Assembly (NCBI GenBank): GCA_016938695.1
Contig: JAFGUC010000006.1
Coordinates: forward strand, 293,633-325,632
Length of the DNA: 32,000 bases
Source: Candidatus Woesearchaeota archaeon
Lineage (GTDB): Archaea > Nanobdellota > Nanobdellia > Woesearchaeales > JAFGUC01
Reading direction: 5' to 3'
Shown: piece by piece, positions 18,188-25,557 of the stretch
Layout: each line of letters starts with the position of its first letter
Position numbering within the stretch: position 1 is the first letter of the stretch
The notes under the pieces: model-generated
Databases searched by the model: none
What the model saw: the letters and a program-made list of their open reading frames with translations, nothing else
What the model was told of the DNA's origin: nothing
Program-made: the position numbers and the translations under genes

Positions 18188-18918
18188 TTGTTGATTTTCA
18201 TTGTCATGTTGGTTTAGATTTAGAAGATGGTGGACAGTCTTCGCTTGAAGGTTTAAAAGAATCTATGGAGATTAATGGAATTGACAAAAGTGTTATCTTT
18301 CCTTTTAGTTCTTCTGACTCAGATTTGATAAAAAATTCTGTTGAATTATTGTTTGATTCACAAAAATATGATTGCTTTATTCCTTTTTTGCGATTTAATC
18401 CAAATACAATTACTTTAGATGAATTAAAAGATTTACTTGACATGGGATTTAAAGGAATCAAACTTCATCCTAGCGCACAAAAATTTATTATCGATGATAC
18501 TAAATTTGATTTTATCTTTGAAGAACTTTCTATTCGTAAGTTACCTGTTTTGTTTCATTGTCTAGCTCATCAAAGTGATTCAGAAGGGTTTAGAGTTTTG
18601 AATTTAGCTAAACGGTTTCCTAATGTTAATTTTATTATTGGCCATTTTTTTGGTAATGATTTGAGTATTATTCAAGATTGTTGTTCTTTGACAAATGTGT
18701 ATACTGAGATTTCAATTCATGCTAGAACTTTAAGATTAAATCGGTTATTTACAAAGTATAATTTTACTCGTGTTCTTTTTGGAAGTGATTATCCTTATGA
18801 TAGTCAGAAGGTTGTTTTGACGAAAATTAATGAAAGTAACTTAGATGAGGTTTCTCAAAATAAAATTCTTTTTGGGAATGCTTTTGATATTTTAGATACT
18901 CAAAAAGATAAAGTTTAA
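18184..18918 (+). CDS. TIM-barrel metal-dependent amidohydrolase (Amidohydro_2/COG2159-like)
   Basis: Candidate metal ligands are VDFHCHVG, KLHP, GHFFG and FGSDYPY. The start overlaps the upstream stop (ATGA). Confidence 0.75.
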   Translation: MIVDFHCHVGLDLEDGGQSSLEGLKESMEINGIDKSVIFPFSSSDSDLIKNSVELLFDSQKYDCFIPFLRFNPNTITLDELKDLLDMGFKGIKLHPSAQKFIIDDTKFDFIFEELSIRKLPVLFHCLAHQSDSEGFRVLNLAKRFPNVNFIIGHFFGNDLSIIQDCCSLTNVYTEISIHARTLRLNRLFTKYNFTRVLFGSDYPYDSQKVVLTKINESNLDEVSQNKILFGNAFDILDTQKDKV

Positions 18919-18955
18919 AAACAGATATACTATATACACGCTTGATTTTATATCT

Positions 18956-19447
18956 ATGAAAACAGTACTTATGTACTATGATGAGAATGGTTGGTACGCT
19001 AGGGAAATATCATCTTTGATTATATTCTCAGGAGTTCGCTCGGATCCGGAACCGGACTATGATTATGCGATTACTCCGTGTGTACCTGCAAATGATTCGT
19101 GCGACGTTCTAGTTGGTAGATTTGATTCTTTTAGTCCTCTGCGCAAAATAGTTTTGTATGATGCAAAATTTAAGATTGATGACTTTGGAGTTGATTCTTT
19201 TTCTGCAGGAGCGTTTTTACGTTTGATTGATTCTGATAGTACTTTAGAAGAATTGTTAGAAACAATTAAATGTGGTTCTGTTTCTGCGTTTAAGGATAGA
19301 GATTCTAATTTAGGGGGGTTTAGTATAAATTACGATGAGTATGATAGTCAGTTTGCTATGCTTGAACAGTATAAACTTGATGAACGTGCTTGTGAAGAAT
19401 TTATTGGTATCCCCGTTTGTGAAACTATTGATGATTTAGCTTCTTAG
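18956..19447 (+). CDS. Hypothetical acidic protein (orphan)
   Basis: The 163-aa ORF is Asp/Glu-rich. Its 5' third looks visibly more GC-rich than the surroundings. I recognise no motif. Confidence 0.55.
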   Translation: MKTVLMYYDENGWYAREISSLIIFSGVRSDPEPDYDYAITPCVPANDSCDVLVGRFDSFSPLRKIVLYDAKFKIDDFGVDSFSAGAFLRLIDSDSTLEELLETIKCGSVSAFKDRDSNLGGFSINYDEYDSQFAMLEQYKLDERACEEFIGIPVCETIDDLAS

Positions 19448-19448
19448 A

Positions 19449-19982
19449 TTACCATTTCTTGTCTTCTAATTTTAAGTAGAAACCTATGTGTTTTGTTATT
19501 ATGTGCAGTATGAAGAAAACTATCAATGCTGTAATTATTGTTTGAGTTGATAGAGTTTTTATAATTGAGATTGCTAGTAGACTTCCTATTACCCAATCTA
19601 GTTGATCAAGAATTATTAAACTGTCTCCTGGTTTTTTGTTTAACTGTCTTTTTATCATGCTTTCTAGACAGTCACCAAGAATTGTTCCTACACTCAATAA
19701 AATTCCAATTATTAGAAAATTTTGATAAGTGTAATTTAGGATATTAATTGATTTTGTTATGTTTAATTGGAATAAGATTGTTTGGATTAGACTTGTTATT
19801 ATTCCTGCTAAAATTCCGAAGAATGCTCCTCGCCAGGTTTTATTTTTTCCAAAGAGTGGTTTTTTGTTTAGCTTTAGTCCAAAATCAATTGGATAATTTA
19901 GAAAGTTAATTCTTTTGCTTAGTGCCGCAAATATGTTACACATTGCTGAAGGTAAAAGTAAATAAATTGTTTGTAAAATCAT
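19449..19982 (-). CDS. carS: CDP-archaeol synthase
   Basis: The 177-aa polytopic membrane protein has GKNKTWRGAFFG (a CdsA/CarS-type KTxxG motif) and LDQLDW. It is the last gene of the psd-pssA-carS run. Confidence 0.8.
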   Translation of the reverse strand: MILQTIYLLLPSAMCNIFAALSKRINFLNYPIDFGLKLNKKPLFGKNKTWRGAFFGILAGIITSLIQTILFQLNITKSINILNYTYQNFLIIGILLSVGTILGDCLESMIKRQLNKKPGDSLIILDQLDWVIGSLLAISIIKTLSTQTIITALIVFFILHIITKHIGFYLKLEDKKW

Positions 19983-20489
19983 TTACAAAATCCTCTTTAT
20001 CTTGATTTTGCTAATCATTAGTAATCCTAATATTGGAATTATAAAATAATATGCAGTAATTGGAATATTTAGATAGTATAAAAGTGGAATTATGAACGCA
20101 TTTGCTGTTGTTGGAACTCCTTCGAACTCTTTTTTATTTTTATCTTCTGGTGTGATGTTGTATCTAGCAAGTCTATAAATTGCGCAGGCACTAAAAAAAG
20201 TTGAAACTGCAATTAAGATTAAGTCATATCTAAATAGTGAGTTAAGTAACGCCATTGGTGCTACACCAAAGGAGATTGCATCGTTAAGTGAATCTAATTC
20301 AGCTCCTATTTTTGATGTTACTTTTAGTTTTTTTGCTAGTCCGCCATCAAGACCATCCCATATGAATGAAAGGATTAAAAATAATACTGCTAGATTGTAT
20401 TGCTCTAATACACTTGAGTAAATACTTAGAATCCCACATAGCCCGTTAAGCATTGTTACTGTATTTGGGATATGTTTTTTGATGTTCAT
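19983..20489 (-). CDS. pssA: CDP-alcohol phosphatidyltransferase (archaetidylserine synthase-like)
   Basis: The full motif is present: DGLDGGLAKKLKVTSKIGAELDSLND, matching D-G-x2-A-(R/K)-x8-G-x3-D-x3-D. Length is 168 aa with multiple TM helices. Confidence 0.85.
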   Translation of the reverse strand: MNIKKHIPNTVTMLNGLCGILSIYSSVLEQYNLAVLFLILSFIWDGLDGGLAKKLKVTSKIGAELDSLNDAISFGVAPMALLNSLFRYDLILIAVSTFFSACAIYRLARYNITPEDKNKKEFEGVPTTANAFIIPLLYYLNIPITAYYFIIPILGLLMISKIKIKRIL

Positions 20490-20491
20490 CT

Positions 20492-21376
20492 TTAATAGGA
20501 TGCGATTCTTTCGCCTATAAATATTTTGGTTTCGAGTTTGTTTTTTGTGTTTTCGAGAATATCTTTATCGATTTTTATTGTGTTTTCAGGAAAGATTAGT
20601 GCAATTGCTGACCCACCAAGGCTGAAGTAACCTTTCTCATCGCCTTTATTGACTTTTGAATTCTTAAGGAATGTTTGTTTTATTGAACCGACATTTGAAG
20701 CACCGATTTCTGCCATAATAATTTCTTTTATTTTTTCATTTTCAATTATTGTGTATTGGCGTTTATTTTTCCAGAAAATTTTAGGGATTATGTGTGTTGC
20801 AATTGGAGATACTGAAGCTAGATTTCCTCTTACTCGCTTTGATTTTAATGCGATTCCATCTAAAGGGAAATGAAACCTGTGGTAATCTGGCATTGAAAGC
20901 CTTATTATGAACATACTTGCATTATGGAATTTATTTGCTAATTTTTTGTTGTTTAGGAATTTTATTAGGTTGAATTCTTGTCCTTTAATGTTAAATGTAT
21001 CTGTTTCACTTATTCTTTGAAAACCTAATATTTTCCCATCTGCAGGAGAAATTATTGTATTATTTTTTTGGTTGATTTTTCTATACTTTAAGTCGATTTT
21101 TCTTATGAAGAAATCGTTAAATGATTTGAAGTCGTGTTTTATGAATTCTTTAGTATTTATGTTGTATTCATCTGTGAATTTTTTTATTAATTGTTTAGAT
21201 AAAGGGGTTCTAAAAAAAGTTCCTGTTATTTTAGAGATAATTGTATTTTCTGTTAAATGTCGTATAGTAAGTCTGCCTAAAGTCCTTTCATATATTGCTC
21301 TTAATGCTTTTTCTTTAGGTGGGTTTTCTATTAGAATTTTTTTGGTTTTTCTATCTATGTAGTAGATTGTTTGCAT
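20492..21376 (-). CDS. psd: Phosphatidyl(archaetidyl)serine decarboxylase proenzyme
   Basis: Evidence is the RLSMPDYHRFHFPLDG motif and the self-cleavage region FSLGGSAIALIF. Length is 294 aa. Confidence 0.85.
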   Translation of the reverse strand: MQTIYYIDRKTKKILIENPPKEKALRAIYERTLGRLTIRHLTENTIISKITGTFFRTPLSKQLIKKFTDEYNINTKEFIKHDFKSFNDFFIRKIDLKYRKINQKNNTIISPADGKILGFQRISETDTFNIKGQEFNLIKFLNNKKLANKFHNASMFIIRLSMPDYHRFHFPLDGIALKSKRVRGNLASVSPIATHIIPKIFWKNKRQYTIIENEKIKEIIMAEIGASNVGSIKQTFLKNSKVNKGDEKGYFSLGGSAIALIFPENTIKIDKDILENTKNKLETKIFIGERIASY

Positions 21377-21430
21377 TACGTCTCCTTAATATAGGCAATA
21401 TTTATAATGTTTTGGTGTTTTTTTAGTGTT

Positions 21431-22030
21431 ATGGTTAATGTTGATATAATTAAATTGAAGCTTTTTTCTACTAATTGCTATGTTATTTCTTCTGGGGAAG
21501 AGTGTATTTTAGTTGACCCAGGGTCTGATTTATTAGATGATATTCATAATATTAGAAATGCAATTGGTGAAAAAACATTACTTGCCATTATTTTTACTCA
21601 TGGTCATTATGATCATACTGCGGGTGGATATTGTTTTTCTGAGAATAGATATTTACATAAGGCAGATTTTTTATTGGCAGAGGAACAAATAGATTATGCA
21701 CGTGTGAATCACAATTATGATTTGAAATTATCTCCTTTTTTAGAGCTTCGTGAAGGGGAAGTAAATTTTGGTGATATTAGACTAAATGTAGTTAATACTC
21801 CTGGTCACACAATGGGAAGTGTTTGTATTTTTATTGAAGATTTTATTTTAACTGGTGATACTTTATTTGATGGTGTTTATGGTCGAACTGATGTTGGTGG
21901 AAATACAAAATTAATGAAAGAAACATTGTTGATGATTCGTGAAAAATTTGATCCTTCATTAAAGATATATCCAGGTCATGGTAGACCGTCTTATGTTAAA
22001 GATCAATTAGATTGGTTGGCAAGAGTGTGA
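21431..22030 (+). CDS. MBL-fold metallo-hydrolase (GloB/hydroxyacylglutathione hydrolase-like)
   Basis: It has THGHYDHTAGG, TPGHTMGS and YPGHG. The ORF is open from ATG 21407, but MVNVDIIKL at 21431 fits the family N-terminus. Confidence 0.8.
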   Translation: MVNVDIIKLKLFSTNCYVISSGEECILVDPGSDLLDDIHNIRNAIGEKTLLAIIFTHGHYDHTAGGYCFSENRYLHKADFLLAEEQIDYARVNHNYDLKLSPFLELREGEVNFGDIRLNVVNTPGHTMGSVCIFIEDFILTGDTLFDGVYGRTDVGGNTKLMKETLLMIREKFDPSLKIYPGHGRPSYVKDQLDWLARV

Positions 22031-22036
22031 TATTAA

Positions 22037-22714
22037 TTGGGTTTGTTTGGAAATGATTTTGGACGATTAGGAAAACTTTCTTCACAAGAATGGAAGAAGT
22101 TATTAATGTCAAATTCTGGTTTGTTTAAGCATAGACATGATGTTCCAAAAGGAATTTTAGGACCAACGTATTCTTCAGATTCTAATTCTGTAATTGGTGA
22201 TATGCTCTCAATGGAAAATTTTATTTTTTCAAGTGTTGCAAGTACTGAGCAGGTTGAGTTTTATGGTGAGTTGCTATCTATTAATTCTATGGCTGCAACT
22301 GAGTATATGCTAACTGTTTCGGGTGCAATTATTGCTTGGAAAAAGGATATGATTGATTTGCAAAATTTATATCATTCTTTACAGAAGAGCGAGAAACTTT
22401 TTGATGCAGAAGAGCATTTGTTAATTGCTGAAAAAAAGTTAATTGAAGAGGAAGAAGAATTTATTAAAGTGAAAACTAATTCGGTTGCGGTTTTGGATAC
22501 TTTAAAGCGACATTTGCCTGATATGGTTGATGTTATAAAAGATTTAGATTTACAAAAAATAATTGAAAAGGACTCTCAGTATCTTGATGAGATAGGAGTT
22601 GAACGATTAATTAGAATAATTAATTCTGTTGAATCACAAATTCGTAGTCGTGAATCTTTTTTGAAGGCATATATTGAAAAGATGAAATCAAAGATGCCTT
22701 TTTTATTTGAGTGA
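22037..22714 (+). CDS. Hypothetical protein, C-terminal coiled coil
   Basis: The 225-aa ORF has a TTG start 7 nt after the MBL stop. It is Glu/Lys-rich and helical in the C-terminal half. No family is recognised. Confidence 0.5.
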   Translation: MGLFGNDFGRLGKLSSQEWKKLLMSNSGLFKHRHDVPKGILGPTYSSDSNSVIGDMLSMENFIFSSVASTEQVEFYGELLSINSMAATEYMLTVSGAIIAWKKDMIDLQNLYHSLQKSEKLFDAEEHLLIAEKKLIEEEEEFIKVKTNSVAVLDTLKRHLPDMVDVIKDLDLQKIIEKDSQYLDEIGVERLIRIINSVESQIRSRESFLKAYIEKMKSKMPFLFE

Positions 22715-22758
22715 GGTTTGGTTTTATACGTGTTGAACAATTAAATAGAGATAAAAAA

Positions 22759-22783
22759 TGTGGGGATTAAAAATTAATCCACA
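22759..22783. terminator. Imperfect hairpin at a convergent gene junction
   Basis: TGTGG(GG)ATTAA-AAA-TTAATCCACA forms a 10-bp stem with a 2-nt bulge. The right arm includes the stop codon of the minus-strand gene (22774-22776). Confidence 0.3.
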
Positions 22784-23352
22784 ATAATTGGTTTTCTATA
22801 TCCAAAAATAATTTTACTTTTTGAAAATCTTTCATATGTATTTAGTTCCTTTTTGATTTTGCTTGCTTCGAAGAATAATATCTCGAAAGTTTGCCATAAA
22901 AGAACCCAACCACCTACAAAAATTCCTTCAATCAATAATTTTAATGGTAAAACTTCTGAAAACTGTTCTCCTAATGTTGCTAATAAAAGCATAAGGCTAC
23001 CGTTGATACAACTATTAATTGCTTTTGCTCGGTGTGTTTTGTAATCTTTTTTTACAAAGTACTGGAAAAATTTGAAGTAATTTTTGAATCCATCTCTTAC
23101 GTATTTTTCTTTGTTTTTTGATTTTTTTTCGTGTATAGTTACGTAAATTTCGATCTTATTTTTTAGTGGGATTTCTTCAGAACATTCTTCTAAATATTCT
23201 CTGAGGCTTGGATTTAAGTCTCTTTTTTCTATGATTGAATCGTCCCATTCGTTAAAAATATCATTGTAACTTTTTACTGATACTTTTATTACATATGCAT
23301 TTGTTCTTTTGTTTACGGGATATATTTTCCGTAATTCTTTGTCTTTTGTCAT
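22774..23352 (-). CDS. Hypothetical membrane protein (soluble N-domain plus two C-terminal TM helices)
   Basis: The 192-aa product has hydrophobic segments INGSLMLLLATLG and IFVGGWVLLWQTFEILFF. No family is recognised. Confidence 0.55.
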   Translation of the reverse strand: MTKDKELRKIYPVNKRTNAYVIKVSVKSYNDIFNEWDDSIIEKRDLNPSLREYLEECSEEIPLKNKIEIYVTIHEKKSKNKEKYVRDGFKNYFKFFQYFVKKDYKTHRAKAINSCINGSLMLLLATLGEQFSEVLPLKLLIEGIFVGGWVLLWQTFEILFFEASKIKKELNTYERFSKSKIIFGYRKPIIVD

Positions 23353-23399
23353 AAATCCTCTTATAAGAAATCTATTTTAGGGTTATATAATAGTTTGCT

Positions 23400-23717
23400 T
23401 TAATTTTTGCGTGGAGAAATCTTGATGTAAGTATTTTTACCGTCAATATTAGTAACTTCTAAATATTTTCGTTTGAAGAAAGATTGTTTTTCTTCGTATG
23501 TGACGTATACTTCATCTCCTGGTTTGTGATTTAGAAATAAGTCGTAAGATTCAATGTCAAATGTTTTTTCATTGCTTTTTAGAACTACTCTGTATTCGTT
23601 AATTACTGTATTTTCCAATCTAGGTCGATGTGGAAACCATCCATAATCTTCAATCATCGGCAAAGATATTTTTGCTTCAAATTTTTTGTCGATTGTAAAT
23701 TTTTCAGTAATTTGCAT
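23400..23717 (-). CDS. Hypothetical protein
   Basis: The 105-aa ORF is co-directional with and 47 nt upstream of 22774-23352. No motif is recognised. Confidence 0.5.
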   Translation of the reverse strand: MQITEKFTIDKKFEAKISLPMIEDYGWFPHRPRLENTVINEYRVVLKSNEKTFDIESYDLFLNHKPGDEVYVTYEEKQSFFKRKYLEVTNIDGKNTYIKISPRKN

Positions 23718-23795
23718 TTTACGTTTGGTTTTTTAGGGTTTTATATAGTTTTGGGTATAGTAATATTTAAAAATGAAAAATCTTTGTTTTTTCTG

Positions 23796-24179
23796 ATGGG
23801 TGTTATTTTATTATTAGGTGCATTTAATGATTCTGTATTTAATATTATGAAAAGTGCTTGCTTGGAATTTAGTTCTTCTGTATTATCGCCTGTTGTTGGT
23901 TTTAGTGGTAGTGAGATTGAACTTTACAAGAGAATAATTTCTTCAATTGGAAAGTCAGATTTAATCGTTTTTGAGGATAGTTTGCCATCTGAAACATTAG
24001 GGTTGGAAATTCGTGAAACTGTTATGCTTAAGAAGCCTGTTTTAGTGTTTTTGAAGGAAGGATCTACTATATCTCCTTTTTTTAAGGATTGCTCTAATGT
24101 TCGCCGTATTGTGTTTTACAAGGATTTGACTGAATTGAAGCTGTTTTTAAAGAAAGAATTACTTGCGTTCTTTATTTAG
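23796..24179 (+). CDS. Small Rossmann-like protein, nucleoside 2-deoxyribosyltransferase/TIR-like pattern (tentative)
   Basis: From ATG 23796 the product is 127 aa. It shows VILLLGAFNDS, then SETLGLEIRETVMLKKPVLVF, resembling the G-x-x-x-E...KPV pattern of NDT-like domains. The track's longer ORF from 23628 overlaps the minus-strand gene and reads as low complexity. Confidence 0.35.
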   Translation: MGVILLLGAFNDSVFNIMKSACLEFSSSVLSPVVGFSGSEIELYKRIISSIGKSDLIVFEDSLPSETLGLEIRETVMLKKPVLVFLKEGSTISPFFKDCSNVRRIVFYKDLTELKLFLKKELLAFFI

Positions 24180-24198
24180 TCACTCAAAAGTAGTAAAG

Positions 24199-24207
24199 TT
24201 TATAAAT
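24199..24207 (+). promoter_or_regulatory. TATA box (leaderless spacing) for the HExxH gene
   Basis: TTTATAAAT starts 30 nt upstream of ATG 24229. Confidence 0.5.
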
Positions 24208-24228
24208 CCTTAAAACAATAGTTTGTTT

Positions 24229-24885
24229 ATGGATATTAAAACTTTAGAACATAAGGTTTTGAACATTTCTAGGAATATGGGGGTTAATGCGCCTACTGTT
24301 GAGGTTTGTCGTTTGCCTTCTAATATTGAAGCTAAATGCTGTGATGGCGTTATTACGATAGATTCTAGAACTTTTGCTAAAAAGGATGATTATTATATCC
24401 GTGATTTAGTTGTCCATGAAATAAAGCATATTGCAGATTCTGTAGTTATTGCTGATTTTGATTCTAAGCATTACAATTTTCCTTCAATAGTTGATTTTGA
24501 CTATGTTATGGGCTATTTTTTGGGGTTGAGTAGAATTGAGGGTTATGCGTCTTACTCGCCTAATTTGCAGTTTAATGATGTTTCAAGGGGTATTTCTACA
24601 ATCAACTCTGCTTTACGTGAATTAGAAGCACATAAGTTGTATTCTCTAGAGGATTTAGAACCGGGTTCAAATGCGTATGATCACATTGTCTTGAATACTG
24701 TTGACTCGTCTGATTGTAAGGTTCTTTTGGCTGCACCGTACGAATTTGGAAAGATCGTTGGTCATGTCAACGGTGGAATCGATAAGTCTGAATCTGTTGT
24801 TGATTTTTATAAGAAGTTTTATTCTCGTGGAGATTGTCCTGGCGTTTTGCGTAGAGAAAATGTTATGAGAATTTTGGGTGAGTAG
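24229..24885 (+). CDS. Putative zinc metallopeptidase (HExxH; SprT/DUF45-like context)
   Basis: The motif is IRDLVVHEIKHIAD (HExxH), preceded by CCDGVITIDSRTF, as in YgjP/SprT-like hydrolases. The rest is unrecognised. Confidence 0.5.
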   Translation: MDIKTLEHKVLNISRNMGVNAPTVEVCRLPSNIEAKCCDGVITIDSRTFAKKDDYYIRDLVVHEIKHIADSVVIADFDSKHYNFPSIVDFDYVMGYFLGLSRIEGYASYSPNLQFNDVSRGISTINSALRELEAHKLYSLEDLEPGSNAYDHIVLNTVDSSDCKVLLAAPYEFGKIVGHVNGGIDKSESVVDFYKKFYSRGDCPGVLRRENVMRILGE

Positions 24886-24919
24886 AATTTTTTTTGCATG
24901 ATTTCTTAGAAAAATAAAA

Positions 24920-25050
24920 TGCGGGTGGCGGGATTTGAACGCGCGACCTCCAGATTTCGCCTTTATGTAAGTCATTGCAACTTTAGAAAGTTGCTCAGCA
25001 CTCATTAAAATATGAGTCTGGCGCAATAGGCCAAGCTATGCTACACCCGC
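24920..25050 (-). tRNA. tRNA with CAU anticodon (elongator Met or Ile2) carrying an intron of about 55 nt in the anticodon loop
   Basis: The minus strand reads GCGGGTG-TA-GCAT..TTGC-G-CCAGA-CTCATA[intron]A-TCTGG-AGGTC-GCGCG-TTCAAAT-CCCGC-CACCCGC-A. The 7-bp acceptor stem, 5-bp anticodon stem and T-loop are present. There is no encoded CCA, and ATTTTATTTT follows directly. The anticodon stem lacks the three G-C pairs of initiator tRNA. Confidence 0.9.
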
Positions 25051-25107
25051 ATAAGTATATTTTAAGGTTTTTGATGTGTTTAAAAATGTTACGGTTTAGA
25101 GTAAGTT

Positions 25108-25116
25108 TTTTAAATA
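25108..25116 (+). promoter_or_regulatory. TATA-like box (leaderless spacing)
   Basis: TTTTAAATA starts 29 nt upstream of ATG 25137. Confidence 0.4.
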
Positions 25117-25136
25117 GATGTTTTTCAAATAGTTGA

Positions 25137-25553
25137 ATGAATATTACAGACTCTAAAAAATTCAAAAAGTTGTTATTATATTTATATAAAAATTATCCTA
25201 ATTCTGCTCTAGTTGAGGGTGTTGTAAAAAAGGTTATTGTTAGATCTCATTATCTAGATTTATTGGTTGAGCAACATATTTTTGATAGAGAAAAAGTGGA
25301 TGATAACTATTGGTATTCTTTAGGTCCTAATGCATTGCCATTGATTAGTTCTTGGCAAAATGAAAATGTTGCAATACAAACTCGAAATTTGTCTTTATAT
25401 GTATATAAGTTAACAGGACTTGGTTTTTGGATAGCTTTAACTAGTCTTTTTTTTGCATTGAGAAATGATATTTTTGTTTCAATGGTAATTTCTGCAGTTT
25501 TGACTATTCTTTTTTGTTTTGTAATAAAAATTACTTCAGATAAATATAATTAA
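25137..25553 (+). CDS. Hypothetical protein, soluble N-domain plus two TM helices
   Basis: The 138-aa product has C-terminal hydrophobic segments LTGLGFWIALTSLFFAL and MVISAVLTILFCFVI. Confidence 0.55.
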   Translation: MNITDSKKFKKLLLYLYKNYPNSALVEGVVKKVIVRSHYLDLLVEQHIFDREKVDDNYWYSLGPNALPLISSWQNENVAIQTRNLSLYVYKLTGLGFWIALTSLFFALRNDIFVSMVISAVLTILFCFVIKITSDKYN

Positions 25554-25557
25554 TTTA

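Noticed and set aside
1122-21362. Many 60-145 aa ORFs in the track lie inside or antisense to larger genes. They are 1122-1307, 2302-2547, 2667-2858, 2868-3050, 4993-5316, 5446-5700, 5684-5890, 7045-7317, 7510-7944, 8047-8307, 8204-8389, 8338-8526, 11991-12341, 12154-12348, 15630-15950, 18204-18461, 19565-19747, 20649-20873, 21072-21362, and also 22853-23044.
   Set aside because: Each is fully embedded in a longer ORF with clear family motifs. Their translations are low-complexity (Phe/Ile/Leu/Ser/Lys-rich), as expected for off-frames of AT-rich coding DNA. None has its own TATA box or Shine-Dalgarno signal.
22037-22714. The N-terminus MGLFGNDFGRLGK...EW resembles the MGLFG start of ESCRT-III (CHMP3/Vps24-like) and PspA/Vipp1 proteins.
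   Set aside because: The similarity covers only the first few residues and depends on an uncertain TTG start. The following roughly 100 residues do not look like the long helical hairpin of that superfamily.
23628-23795. An N-terminal extension of the 183-aa track ORF (start 23628) overlaps the 5' end of the minus-strand gene 23400-23717.
   Set aside because: The extension is Phe-rich low complexity and overlaps another gene's start and promoter region. The internal ATG at 23796 gives a compact domain-sized protein.
24667-25026. A 119-aa minus-strand ORF spans the end of the HExxH gene and most of the tRNA.
   Set aside because: It overlaps a well-formed tRNA gene and the 3' end of a plus-strand CDS, so it is almost certainly spurious.
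22037-25136. An integrated mobile element using the tRNA as its attachment site.
   Set aside because: The window contains no integrase, transposase or recombinase gene. By eye I found no direct repeat of the tRNA 3' segment (GGATTTGAAC...) elsewhere. The island idea is kept only as a compositional and gene-content observation.
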